From Callorhinchus milii (taxonomy: Eukaryota), in contig NW_024704747.1 of NCBI RefSeq assembly GCF_018977255.1, forward strand, positions 21,700,001 through 21,764,000: 64,000 nt of DNA. The letters run 5' to 3'. Shown one piece after another: positions 63,801-64,000 of this stretch; the stretch's first letter is position 1, and each line of letters starts with the position of its first letter. The position numbers were made by a program, and so were the translations under genes. The notes under the pieces are model-generated. The model was given only the letters and a program-made list of their open reading frames with translations. It searched no databases and was not told the origin of the DNA.

Positions 63801-64000
63801 CTTACTTATGAAGAGCTATCAGATGTTTCAGTGTTCTCCGTGCTATAAGCAAATGCAAGGATTATTATTAGTCAGTTTAGTCATGAGACTATGGAATGGT
63901 GTGACTGAAAGGATTAATAGCACTGTTCTGCCATCTTCCCAGAGAAAAGGATTCACTCACTCTCAGTCATTTCGCCCTACTTTGCTCTAACAACAACAAC

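Noticed and set aside
1-64000. CRISPR array, rRNA or prokaryotic operons
   Set aside because: No regularly spaced identical repeats or rRNA motifs; the sequence is vertebrate-like

Overview
Vertebrate nuclear DNA, most likely from a cartilaginous fish (chimaera/shark-type repeat content: L2 and CR1 LINEs, tRNA-derived SINEs ending in L2-like tails, older Deu-domain-type SINEs). I found no intact host protein-coding exon. A CpG island at ~14.2-16.9 kb looks like a promoter, possibly bidirectional, with a minus-strand TATA/CCAAT/GC-box set and an E-box array. The most unusual region is ~4.9-9.8 kb, 5-10 kb downstream of that promoter on the minus strand. It is a dense mosaic of intronless, decayed ORF fragments that match none of the transposons in the window. 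Two protein families each occur as a diverged pair whose differences are often synonymous, suggesting they diverged as coding sequence before insertion. By eye, and from my recollection of viral proteins only, three fragments resemble hantavirid nucleoproteins and two resemble a toti-like (PMCV-type) dsRNA virus capsid. This is a candidate archive of endogenised RNA-virus fragments, possibly a piRNA-type locus; no search was run to confirm it. The window also holds a decayed foamy/loki-like retroviral pol, two non-autonomous Helitrons and an L2 tail inserted into another L2.
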